Program-made: the position numbers and the translations under genes
In this document: positions 1-12,000 of the stretch, piece by piece
Layout of the letters: each line of letters starts with the position of its first letter
Position numbering within the stretch: position 1 is the stretch's first letter
DNA from: Haliotis rubra
Lineage: Eukaryota
Assembly: GCF_003918875.1 (NCBI RefSeq)
Contig: NW_025767479.1
Coordinates: 1,302,001-1,366,000, forward strand
DNA length: 64,000 nucleotides
Direction: 5' to 3'
The notes under the pieces: generated by a model
Told to the model about the DNA's origin: nothing
Seen by the model: only the letters and a program-made list of their open reading frames with translations
Database searches by the model: none

Positions 1-99
1 AATGAGAGGTTGACATTGGATCACATGGAACCGTCATTCTTTTAAAAATCTATAGGTTATATTTTTACTTTTAACAAGAGACAATTTTAATAGTACATT

Positions 100-380
100 A
101 ATGGTGACTGCATTACATTATGGTATATAAGTCACATGTCACTGTAATGTTACATAGTGGTTACATATCTCTGGTGTGATGTTAACGGTTACACTGTAAC
201 GGTCACTCACGCGATGTTAAAAACACCACTGATGTAATGTTACGTAATGATTACTCGTCACTAATCTTGTTACATACTAGTTGCACGTCTGTGATGTGAT
301 ATTACATGGTGGTTACAAGTTACTTGTGTGACATTACATGATGGTTACACGTCACAGTGTTGTTACAAAATGGTTACACT
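100..380. repeat. Degenerate ~31-bp tandem repeat (GGTTACAC...TGTAATGTTACA)
   Basis: Recurrent gttaca motif with regular spacing. Confidence 0.6.
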
Positions 381-384
381 TTAC

Positions 385-474
385 CGATGTGAATCTGTGG
401 AGGAGGAGCAGACTGTGTTGACGTTTAGTGACTCCGTTCTGATGCAGATACAGACGGAACTCCTTCAGGTGAAT
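385..474 (-). other. Putative internal exon of an unidentified gene running off the left edge
   Basis: TTCTTCTTGTAG| 90 nt, open only in phase 0 (IHLKEFRLYLHQNGVTKRQHSLLLLHRFTS) |GTAAAG; possible non-coding first exon ending GAG|GTAAGT at 4914, with TTATATAA at 5176-5183. Confidence 0.4.
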
Positions 475-1274
475 CTACAAGAAGAATATAGAAGACTTTC
501 ATAACACTGGCGACTTAGATGGTGTGTGATGTCTTCCGTTTCAATCGCACTCATCATCAGCTGTATAGTAGCGGCGGTCTGTAAATAATCGAGTCTGGAC
601 CAGACAATCCAGTGATCAACATCATGAGCACTGATCTACACAATTGGGATGCGATGACATGTCCAAGTCAGCGAGTCTGACCACCCGATCCCGTTATTCG
701 CCTCTTATGACATGGGTTGTCAAACACGGATCTTCATGGGTCTCTCACTTTACAAGCGTGAGTTTCTGGAGACCAGTCTTGAGTTCATTAGATTGTGTGG
801 GTTATACTCCCTTGTATGAAAACATCAAAAATGATGATTCAATGACTCATGATACTGATAATGACTCTCAAGGTCAACTATCAAAGCATAAGTAAGTATT
901 GAACTCTTTCATCTCAATTTATCGTTTAAAACGATGCCATGTTGTGTTATTGGCAGCATTTGTCGTCGTTTTTCTCGAATAATGGATAACTCGATGTCGA
1001 TATACAGTAGGTGGTCCTGGCCAGGCCATTGTAGGTGTGCGACTGCCCTCCATGTATATATATGTCGCTGTAAATACAACACAGACCTGCAATATGGCGG
1101 TTTTCCAGTCTGGTGTGTAAACACTGTAAGCGTAGACGTCTGTGTCCATGGTTGTTACCGTTGCCGTCACGACGGGTAGGGAAAACTAAATCTGTTGGAA
1201 ATAACCTCGAATTATTAACTGTTGAGACATTTTGTTACCGCCCCTTAGAGCAGTAATTCAGTCATTTCAATAGC

Positions 1275-1293
1275 TACAACAACAACAACAACA

Positions 1294-1346
<53 letters not shown>

Positions 1347-1360
1347 GACTACTACTACTA
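1275..1360. repeat. (CAA)n(CTA)n microsatellite
   Basis: Directly visible. Confidence 0.95.
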
Positions 1361-1984
1361 TTATATGAGTAGTCGGACTCGTAACGCATGTCTAATATAC
1401 TCTTAAAAAAGTAGGGGAACTTCATTTTTAATTTACGATTGAAACAATTGAGAGAGATATCGGAGCCAATCAATGTTGATATGATAATGATGAATGTTTT
1501 GAGAGTGCAGCACCACTTGCACTTCCTTATGACCATAGCTGTTTGTACAGTAATCGCTCTTGAAATATGATTGGTGTATGACCTGATATTTGCATGTGTA
1601 CGATTTTTTTTTTTTAAAAACAAACCCAAAAAACTATAAAAAAAACAAACAACCGGCTAGGAACAAACACTAAGAACTGTATGATGTAAGATGATTGTCA
1701 AAATTAATGGTCCATATTGATTTATCGACCTTCTTGGAAACTGTCAAAATCAAGAATGACACCCCATGCACGTGTATGGGGCTACTGCGTTGTGCACGTT
1801 CATCCCATGCGTTGTGTTCAGGGATGGTGATAAAGGCAAATGGTGGTGCGTTCATAAGATGTCTGTCTTTGAAAAGTTTGTTAACGCTTATACTTCCTAT
1901 CCAATTGATAGTTCAGATATCTCTACTTTTTTAAAGAGTATATATTACCAATTCGTTACGTCCATGGATCCATGTCTGTTCGGA

Positions 1985-2152
1985 ATCGGTGAGGTAGCCT
2001 TATAGTTAGAGCGTTCGCTCCTCAAGCTGAAGACCCGGATTCGATTACCCACCTGCATGGGTACAATGTGCCCATTTCTGTTGTCCCCGCAGTCATATTG
2101 CTAGAATATTACTAACAGAGGCGTAAAACTAAATCATTCACTCACTCACTCA
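1985..2152 (+). mobile_element. SINE family A (tRNA-Asp-derived, (ACTC)n tail), degenerate copy
   Basis: A-box/B-box head and GGCGTAAAACTAAA-(TCAC)n tail. Confidence 0.8.
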
Positions 2153-3491
2153 ATGTCCGGTCGGTTTTGACCTTTCTCGGAAGTATTCTATCTATCTATC
2201 TATTTATCTATCACTGCGGTTTGTAAATATGTCTGGATCTGACAATCCAGTGACTGACATCATGAGCATATATCCACGCAATTCGGATACGATGAGATAC
2301 AGCCACCAAGAAAGCGAGCCTTACCACCCGATCCACCTGACCCGAGTGTTGCCTCTCCAGGTAATTTCTACCCGGGATCTTCACGGGTCAAAGCTGTTAC
2401 CACCAAACACTTCTCTGCGTGAAGAGAAGGTATCGTTAGATGAACTCTCAGCAACCTTTGACCGCCATGGAGTCAACCCATAAACACTGGAACTCACATC
2501 GGAGTTTTATCTGTTTTGTAAGTTTCATTGTGATGCCACACTCGTACATTCAATAACCAAATCATTAACATATCAGTATAAATGACATTATGTTGTATAG
2601 ATCAGCTATGTAGGTTACTCTGAACATTATTATCAATTTTAACAAATTCAAAATACATATATGTTGATGCTTGGCATGAATCATAATCAAATATCGGGCA
2701 GCAGCTGGCAAATGCAGCGGACTCCTGTGTTTCCAGTGTAAACATCACTGTGCAGTGTATTTAACGGGAAAACTAGAGACCTGTCTGAATGCATAGACTT
2801 TACAGTTGCGCTAACACAACATGTACTTCTAAACCAGTAGACTCACAGTCCAAAGTCTATAATAAAGGTTACCCTAACCTTTGACTTGACTATCAAAACA
2901 AAAATATGATACGTATACAAGGTTTGTCGTCTTTAATATTTTGTAGTGCTTAATTTTGCGCTTGTATTTATTTCCTTATTGTCGGTTTGTGTGTGTGCGT
3001 GTGCACGTGGTTGTTTTATTGTTTTATTATTTTGTTGTTGTTGTTTTTGGATGGAGGAGAGGGGCTGTTTATAAATGGTTACTTTTCGTGAGGAAACATT
3101 TTATGGCGAAAGAAGGTTGCTTGAATATACGTCTATTGTCATTTTTCAGTCCGCTTTGTTTATCAGCAATAATTCCTGAAATTATAAAATATTCTTTGTC
3201 ACAATAATGATAAAATATATTTTCATTTGGGGCATCTCCACATTACATAGTTCGTGATACGGATCCAAAGCTTTATCACAGCACTACATCCGCGCGCTAC
3301 AGTCAGTACCCGTACTTCTTCAGGGCTGGGCAAGGATGATGCTAAAGTTATACCGTTTGCCAGATACATAGTACTGAAGGAACGCAGTAACGTCCAACCT
3401 CGGAGTTATACATCCCCCACGTGTATTCAGGGTTGGAACCGGACTTAGTACTTGTGTAAGGGACAACATATGGGGATCGTTTCGTCAAAAT

Positions 3492-3643
3492 CACAGGGGC
3501 GTGTCACGCTTGGAAACAGCGTTAGAAAGACATGTAGGTATATAGACCCTACCCTAGTACTATCCTTGTATATAGTACTAGGGTAGGGTCTATATACCTA
3601 TATGTCTTTCTAACGCTGTTTCTAAGCGTGACACGCCCCTGTG
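3492..3643. mobile_element. Palindromic MITE, P-superfamily-like
   Basis: ~70-bp near-perfect inverted arms starting CACAGGGG; 8-bp TSD GTCAAAAT at 3484-3491 and 3644-3651. Confidence 0.85.
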
Positions 3644-3774
3644 GTCAAAATGTCATCCATCATGATATCAACCACTGATTTTGCTGGTCCAGATTCGATA
3701 ATATAGCGGCAACCGTGTTGAAATAGCGCTGCCGAATCCGCAAAACATACAGTCACCGTTGTATATTTTGATTG

Positions 3775-3988
3775 TTTGTTGCTTAACGCCACGCAGCAAT
3801 ATTCCAGCTATATTGCGGCGGTCCGTAAATAATCGAGTCTGGACCAGACAATACAGTGGTCAACACCATGACCATCGATCTACACAAATGGGACGTGAGT
3901 CAACAAGCCCGACCACCCGATCCCGTTAGTACCCCTTTACGACAAGTATGGGTTGCTGAAGCCCAATTCTAACCCGATCTTCACGGGT
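3775..3988 (-). mobile_element. SINE family B copy
   Basis: Matches CCCGTGAAGATC...GCTGGAATATTGCT family; other copies at ~545-741, 2210-2388, 7074-7303, 20940-21187, 24253-24370, 24766-24952, 36715-36857 (-) and 18954-19174, 42163-42409, 54804-54985, 55353-55594, 56785-57049, 57367-57585, 61755-62077 (+). Confidence 0.85.
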
Positions 3989-6900
3989 ACACCATCGTCG
4001 TTCAACACTTAGACGTGTCAAGTTAACCCTAGTGGTTTCGTATGGAGTGAGTCAGCGCAAACCGATCACAAGGACTTGGTTAGTTTTGTTCACGTGAAGT
4101 AGTTTAATTCAAGTCTACCCTTGTCGTCTTACTCTGGTGAGAAATATCCAAGACATAGACTTTCAAAGGTCTGGTTTTAGTATTGTTATGGCATGTATTA
4201 TTAGTATACCTGTTGTCTGGATATCGAGTTACTTGTTTTCATTTAAACAAATCAATAAAAACGTGTCTGTAACATTTTGTTGCTCCAATTCACTGGTGTA
4301 CCGACATTGTTGAAATGACGGCGTGTCCAGGTAGAACACCTGTCGCAGAGATACGTAAACCTATGTGCATGTTTCTTGTTCATAATTGATCGAACTGTTA
4401 ACTGAAGGAAAATAATAGATAACAAAATATCAGTACACAATTTGTGTGTGCGTGCGTGCGTCTGCGTTGTGTGGTGGGTGTAATCGGGATATCAGAAATA
4501 TGATAGACATGTTTTTCTGAATGCTATATGTGGTCTTCGTTGGCAAAACTACTAGAACTACATTCAAAGTACATCCAAATTATTCAAATACAAATCGTGA
4601 ACATAGGCTTCGCGACAATATTGTTTGGGAGAATCCACGTCTATAGATATAAATTCCGTGATTCCAGCGATCGTATTACCACGCCATTTCACTGGAACTA
4701 TCCATATAATATCGGATAGATATCATATAAAATGATGGATTCATAGTGAAATCAACCTTATTAAACTGTGAGGTATATTTTAAATTGTTTGGAGTGAGCG
4801 TCGTTTCAGCAATTTTCTACAATATAGCACCGGTGGAACCAGAAATGGGTTTAACACCTTGTACTCGTGGGAATCGAACCCGAGGCCCATAAATTAAAAT
4901 ATATGGTACTTACCTCAAGGGTATGAAGGCTGACTTCTAAAAGTGCGTCTCAATTCAACTGTTCTTTAATGAAAATTCACATATCACTCCTCATCATGTG
5001 ACTTGTTGAAGTGTCCTTTCCGACCCACAAATAGAACACAGGATCGAATTCCGAGTATTTCAGTTTCCGAGGGAATCCCAGCTCCGTCATCAGCTGGATA
5101 GCCCACATCGCAGCGCAGCCACATTGATCATCACAACACAAACAGGTTATTGTGTATACATGTCTACATTCTTGGTTATATAAGCCTTTTTACATACCGA
5201 GTGTTCCATATAATCACTGAGATATTTGTTAGTGTGAGATCATGCATTCAATAGGCTGACAGAAGGGCCGAGGCTGTAGTGTTTATGTTATAAACAAGGC
5301 TATGGTTCGGTTGACTGAGGCCAATGTAACACACTGATGGTTAAGGCAGTTATTGTGTAGATTCATCATCAAATAGCCCACATGATTACGTGTAGCTAGG
5401 ACTATGTGACCTGTCAAACATACTCACATGACGGGTAGAGTCACGGGACCGGGTGCAAAAAGTTACCCGTGACGTATACCGGGTAGAGCTATTTTTAGAC
5501 ATTTTGTTGTCATACACAGGAAGTGTTGGGGAAATTTCTCGACAAATCATTTCGCGGATATTAAAAGTTGATTCAAGCAGTTAATCATGATAAACACGTA
5601 GTTCGGGGAACCATTAAATAACGATCACAAGACTGATTATGTGTTAGCAATTCTGTTTATTCTTGATTTTCTGTTAATTTAGTGTCGCAGACGTAATGTA
5701 TACAGGATATAAGAAATCTCTATTCCTCAAATTATGCATGCGCGTTGATACTATGTATCTCAGGTTCTTTATTCCTTTATTCATACAGAACTATCACAGA
5801 ATTAATCTCACCTGAATATCACAGATATAGTATAATATATAGCGTTTCAAATTCAATCTCCATGCCTGAAAAATATACCACGACGTTATTGTACAGTTCA
5901 TTGTGAGAAGAAAACTATTTTCGCGGAGTTGAAAATGTTTGTTGCAGTTTGAATTTTCACAAATTATGCGCTTTTGAAAATAATGTCGTCTCTACTTGAT
6001 CCGATATTCACTCATCAATAATATTCCAGTTATATGATGTGTGTCTGTGTATAAACGCGTCTGGACCAGACACTCCAGTGATGGATGTTTGGAGAATCTC
6101 ATACAAGTGTCTTTCGAGATGAAGTAGTTGAATAGACAAAGGGTCATTTTACTTTTAGTCCATTGGTGCATCAAACATCTATGACTCTGACCTGACAACC
6201 TATAATATATGACCGTCCCTTAAAGAATTTCTATTTCCAAGTAATCTTTCGATGTGGATATCTAGTTTTCAGTGTTTAAGGATTGCCGTTCCATTCGTAT
6301 GCTAAATTTAAACGTGTTACATCGACTAAATACAAAGGGAGTAATTTGGTTTTGCCTGTGTTCGGCTTGTTCGCCCTATTAGTAAATCTGAAGGGATCAT
6401 TATCGGCACAGCTACTACAGTATTCTCATTTTGGGTGGGGTACATTTTTGTATACAGGGTACATTAAGGTACATATCTGAAATCAGCGTTCGAAATACCT
6501 TCCTGTCCGACCACCCGGTACGGGTTATTTTAAACACGGACTGACAGATTCTCAAATTCACCTGCCCGACGGTCGGGGGGTTAAAATGTAGACATGTATA
6601 TGAATATATTACGTGGGCAGGTAAATTTTGGTCAGGGCTGGCAAGTTTTACATCTAACCAGCCCTGTGCTCTGGCTGAAATTTCTGGGAGATTCATACCC
6701 TAATATCTGTAGTACCCGTGCTTACAACGACCCTTTCAACCACAGTATTACATGACATTGGCGTCAAGCAAACATTGTCGATAAGTGTCTAGAAAAGTGA
6801 TCGTGTATGTTATAATAATGCTGACTGAGGTTCAACGTAAAACCGTACATAAGGCGCCTTGACACATTTACATACAACATTTGTACGTATGACTCAAGGC

Positions 6901-7429
6901 ATGTTACGGTTATAATGCAGGGGAGATTCATGAGGATGGTCACGTACGATTGAGTTTATAGAGACAGAATGAGTCGGGTTTTACACCGCTTTCAATATTA
7001 TTTCATTTGTGAGATGTAGTTTGTTAACGGACATCTCTTTGTTGAAACAAGCCAACACAGGCATCGTCCTAACGAGTGAGGGAGTTGTTTTACGCCGCAC
7101 TCAGCAATATTCCAGCTTTATGGCGGCGGTCTGTAGATAATCAAGTCTGGACAACACAGTCCAGTGATAAACAGCATTAGCATCGATCTACTCAATTGGG
7201 ATACGACATGTGTAAACCATATCAGCCTGACAACCCGATCCCGTTAGTCGCCTCTTACAAGCATGGGCTACTGAAGATAAATTCTAACCCGGATGTTCAC
7301 GGGTTGGTAGTTACAAACCAAGAATCATAGGAATCCAGGAACCACAATCATTGGATAGTTTCCACCTCAACCAAGTGGACAGCCACCCTGCTTCTTGAAG
7401 GACCACATGGTGCTTATTTATTCATACAA

Positions 7430-7900
7430 CATATTTAAGAGGTCATTACATGACAGTTACCCGGGGCTACCATATCAGCCCGAGGGCTGTATTGTAGTCG
7501 AGGGCTGATATGACTGGCGGAAGTGAAACTGTCATATTTAAAACTTTTATCATAAACCACATCCTGATGTCACTTGTGTTTTCATTACTTACAACTTCGT
7601 CATTCTCTGATGATTCTGTCGGGAGGAGCAGCCAAAACATCGTCGCCAAGATTAGAACTTATACTTCCACCATTGCTTGATCGGACAGCAACTCGAGCAG
7701 ACGACGCAAGGGACGTAGCTCTAAAATAAACTAGGCTCCGTCTATTGAAGTTTCGAGCGTTTGCGTGTACTCATTACGTACCAGTTTAGAAGCCGGACAA
7801 TACGGCTGATATGGAATTTTGGCCCTAGGGCTGACAATGCAGATATGCATTTTCGGCCTGGGTGGTCAATATGACATATGCCGACAGCCAGTATTACATG
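7430..7900. mobile_element. Non-autonomous DNA element (Crypton-like, tentative)
   Basis: Short internal inverted motifs catatcagccc/gggctgatatg, repeated near both ends; similar style at 39740-40510. Confidence 0.35.
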
Positions 7901-8203
7901 TGCAAAATGGTCAATGACAAGGAAAGACAACCCAATACTTTCATTCATTTATTTACATCACAAGTCATGTCAATATTGGTCCCTTTTAGCATTTTGGTTT
8001 GCCAGGAATATGGTCTAAGACTTACAACTGGTGCAGCAGGCAATATCAGAAACTTCTCAGTTGTAATCTTCCACATACGCACGCTCTATTTCTGTAAAGC
8101 CTTTCAGTCACTATATGTCTGAAATAGTGCTGATGCACTGCACTTACTTAGCAACCACCTTGTCCAAGTTATGGAATGAATTTCTAGAAAACCACACATG
8201 CTC

Positions 8204-8350
8204 AAGGGCGGATGCAGCCTTTTGAGAAAGGGTTGGGGTGGGGGTACATACTTCAATTCCACCCACGTTTCAATGGTCATTGAACAAACTTTCAGGACAA
8301 AAGGGGGGGGGGAGGTACACCCCTGCACACACCCTCTGCATCCGCCTATG
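8204..8350. mobile_element. Small MITE (GGCGGATGCAG...CTGCATCCGCC); related copy at 49064-49303
   Basis: Terminal inverted repeats; the two copies share interior sequence in opposite orientation. Confidence 0.65.
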
Positions 8351-9075
8351 AATGCATGTCTTTTGGTGGTGTGGTGGGGATATACCACTTTCAAGAACAA
8401 GAACAGTATCTTCAGAATTCATATTGTTTCTAATTTTGCTGCCTGATTTATCTATTTTCATTTCTCATATGTCTATCTCAGCTGTATACAACATAGGACA
8501 AAGAACTGGTGATCGAGACTACCACAGACATTTTACATACATATTTTGTACATATCATGACAGATATCATCTTGGTTGTTTTCATCAACCCTTTCTCTAT
8601 ATACATTATAGTACATTTTTACAAGAGGCCTTTGTACAGAGAACATATGGACGATCCTCAATACTCTATGAGCATCAAGCTTGATCAAAATGGTGACTGA
8701 TTTTAAGTATGAGTGAGTATGGTTTTATGCAGCTTTTAGCAATATTCGGGCAATATCACAGCTGATGACACCAGAAATTGGCTTCACCCATTGTATGGAA
8801 CTGAACCATGTCTTCGGCATGATGAGTGAACGTTATGAGGCTACTCCACTGCCCCTCACGGTATGAAGAAAGTGTGGCTGTCATCATCACTGTGAATGAA
8901 GGTGGTCCAGGAGACTCTCAGCCTGTAGCCACACCAGCATCCCCATCTGAGTGAGAGACTGTCCTAGGGAAGTCTCCATTCCGAGAGGTCACAGAGCATG
9001 AAGTAGTTGCTCACCAAGGCTGAACCTTGGTACTGATGAGGTTTGTTTATTGGTCTGGAAAAATCAGTTGTTCTT

Positions 9076-9089
9076 CTATTTACACTGAC
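9076..9089 (-). CDS. NELFCD: NELFCD terminal coding exon (SQCK*)
   Basis: Strong acceptor TTGTTTTCAG|, phase 1 gives S-Q-C-K-TAG; candidate AATAAA (minus strand) at 7948-7953. Confidence 0.75.
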
Positions 9090-12000
9090 CTGAAAACAAA
9101 ACAAATTTAATTCATATGAAGATATATTTTGAGTGATAAGTCTAGGTGTCAGTGTACTGAGTGGGGGTGGGTATTGCAGAGAATTTTCATATTGCGATAT
9201 ATTGCGATGCGAAAGCTTATATTGCGATATGTATTGCAATATATTGCAAGAAGGTTTTTTTAACAATAAACTACTTATGATCAAGTTAATGCTTTATTTA
9301 TAAAGCAAAAACACAACAAAATCACTATGCTTCATTAAGCTTTAATAAAAACTTTTAATCATGACAAAATAAGAATATAGATAATATTTAAATGTAATTT
9401 TCATCACGATCATTCCCACCACCATTACCACAATTGCCACAATCATCAAGGTTTCCGAGTGTTACGAAGTTTTCCGAATACAAGTCAAAATACCGGTTTT
9501 CTATCAGCGTATCCCAATACATATTGTTTTCAGGTCTGAACTGGTTAATACCGGTAAACCGGTTATATTGCGCAGCCCTAGTACTGAGTGAGGAGAGCCC
9601 AAAGTGATCAGAACCATCTTAGGGGCAAATATAGGGCTTGAGAACAATCAGCATAGCTAGGTTTGCACTTTTGCAGCTCAATCAGATGATAATTTCAGTA
9701 CTATATCAGGAGGGTGATTTGGGGATGATCTGAGCCAAGTTATGGTGACTTACTGAGGAACTCTGAGACAGGGTCTTGACCGTCTTCTGACCGGAGGATG
9801 CCTGTGATGGTCTTGTTTTCAATGAGTGGGAGGAAAAGCTGGACAAACTCGGGTGTGTAGGGTGGGGCAATCACGTCCAGCACCTGCAGGTCAGGCAGTA
9901 TGAAACATTAATAGTTACAACATATATCATAATGTTCTACATGTCATAATGCAAAGTATTGGGGCGTCAGCAGTGAATTCCCCAGTACTCATGTTTGTGT
10001 CGGTTTTGGCAAAACTAGAGCCGGTTATTAATGACCCAAGTACATGCAAAGTTAATCTCTAATACACATACATGTATAGTCCATTTGACTTCATTTTAGA
10101 CCAATGAATTGCTCACTAACACAAAATCCAATGTGTTATTCAGCCAGGTGTGCTAGTTGTATGTGTGAAATTGAAATTTCACTGCACATGCTTGTTGATT
10201 ACCTGGCTGTTCTACTAGCAAGTTGTCCTCCCTCGTAAGAAATAGCGAACAGTGACAACAAAATAATGATCGTTTGTTAAACAACTTTTTATTTCGGATG
10301 TCCAAAATTAGGACACAAATCATCAGAGTTGGTGTGTCGATTTCATGTGACTGTGCAAAGTTTGATTTTGTAGCATTTATTAGATTTTGTGTTAGTAAGC
10401 AATTCATCGGTCTAAAATGAAGTCAAACGGACTATACTTTGTTAGTCCCACAATCTATACTGCCAATGATTGAGAGTGCATGACACATGATAACATTGGT
10501 ATTATTTCTTTCCCGACAGTTCTGTCAGTCACCCATTCACATAGAAGCTTAATATAACAGGCAAATTCACATAAGCCTGCTGTAATAGATTTCAAGTGAT
10601 AATTCCATTTCTTACACACAAAAACACGGAGCAAGTTTTGGGCTGAATCACATAAGATAATTACATTTTCAAAAAGGTTTAATTATCTGGTACTTGTGCA
10701 TGAATCGCGTGTCTGATGAGGGAAATGTACTTACTGACCCACGATGACAAAGTGTCAGATAAGTGATCTATCTCTATGACAAAGTGTCTGATGACAGACA
10801 CATGTTTTACCTACCTCTGTGACAAAATGTCTGATGAGTGAGATGTCTGTGTCCCCCTTCTCCAGACACTTCCTGATGTAGACGACTACAGGGAGGACGA
10901 AGCCTCGACTCAACAGATGCACCAACCGGTCCAGCACTGTCTTTTTCAACTCCAGCTGCAGCATATAAACGCAGTTACACACACAGCTGTATGCTGTAGG
11001 GCATAATACAGAACATGTACAAACCCTCAACACTTAAGCCAGTTCCCAGTTGAAAGTGAAACCTGTCTGTTAATTACTATCGGGAATGTCTACGTATTTG
11101 AACACTTCATGATGACCAATTTGACAATATGTAACTCAGCATATTTCACCAGGAATATATTGTCTGATCAAAGTACTCAGGAATCCAGGTCCAGTTAGAT
11201 AAGTTAATTGCTTCTTCTAACAAGCATAATGTTTATGATGTTGGATGAAAATTCAGGAATGAAATCTTACAAAGCTTAATGGACTTCAGAATCTTTGAAT
11301 ATTAATTTGAAAGGCATTCAGAAAGCCCTCACCCGAACCAACACATCCAGTTCCTCGAATGAAGATTCAAACACGCGAACAAGGAGATCTAAGGCTTTCT
11401 GATGTAAAAGGACATGGTTGGTGACAATCTGGAACAACAAAAGTGGCACACATCAGTGTAAAAGCACAATAAATGGTCTCTTGGATCTGGAAAATTTCCA
11501 ATCAGTACTATCAATGTTAATTCTGATCAGCTAGTTACATTGCAAAGAGTAATGGTTCACCTCATCCACCATGACTAGATGCAGAGGTGTGTGATCTGTG
11601 TTGAGCTTGAAGTAGCTGGCATCCGACACTGTGTAGTCCACCCACTTCAACACTCCCATTGACACTACAGGGAATCTGCAACATACCACACCATAAACTT
11701 AAAAAGTCAAACACTAAAACAGTCAAATGTGAGGGAATGTATTCTTGGAAACATTGTTCCAAATTGTTGATAATTTTACCAGATTTATCGTTTTAAAGGT
11801 TTAGGACACTATGGATGATGTAAAAATATATCTCGGCTTTTCTATTCTATTTAAATTTGAGTGAGTGAGTGAGTGGGTGGTCAGGGCCGTAGTTAACTTT
11901 TATTAATAAGGGGGCACCATCCACGTTAAAACAGTGTTATATCAATAGTTTGATGCACAAAAATTAATCTGTAAAAAGATTCTAGGGGGGCAGCTGCCCC

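Noticed and set aside
1267-1629. 120-aa poly-Ser/Cys ORF
   Set aside because: Produced by a trinucleotide microsatellite.
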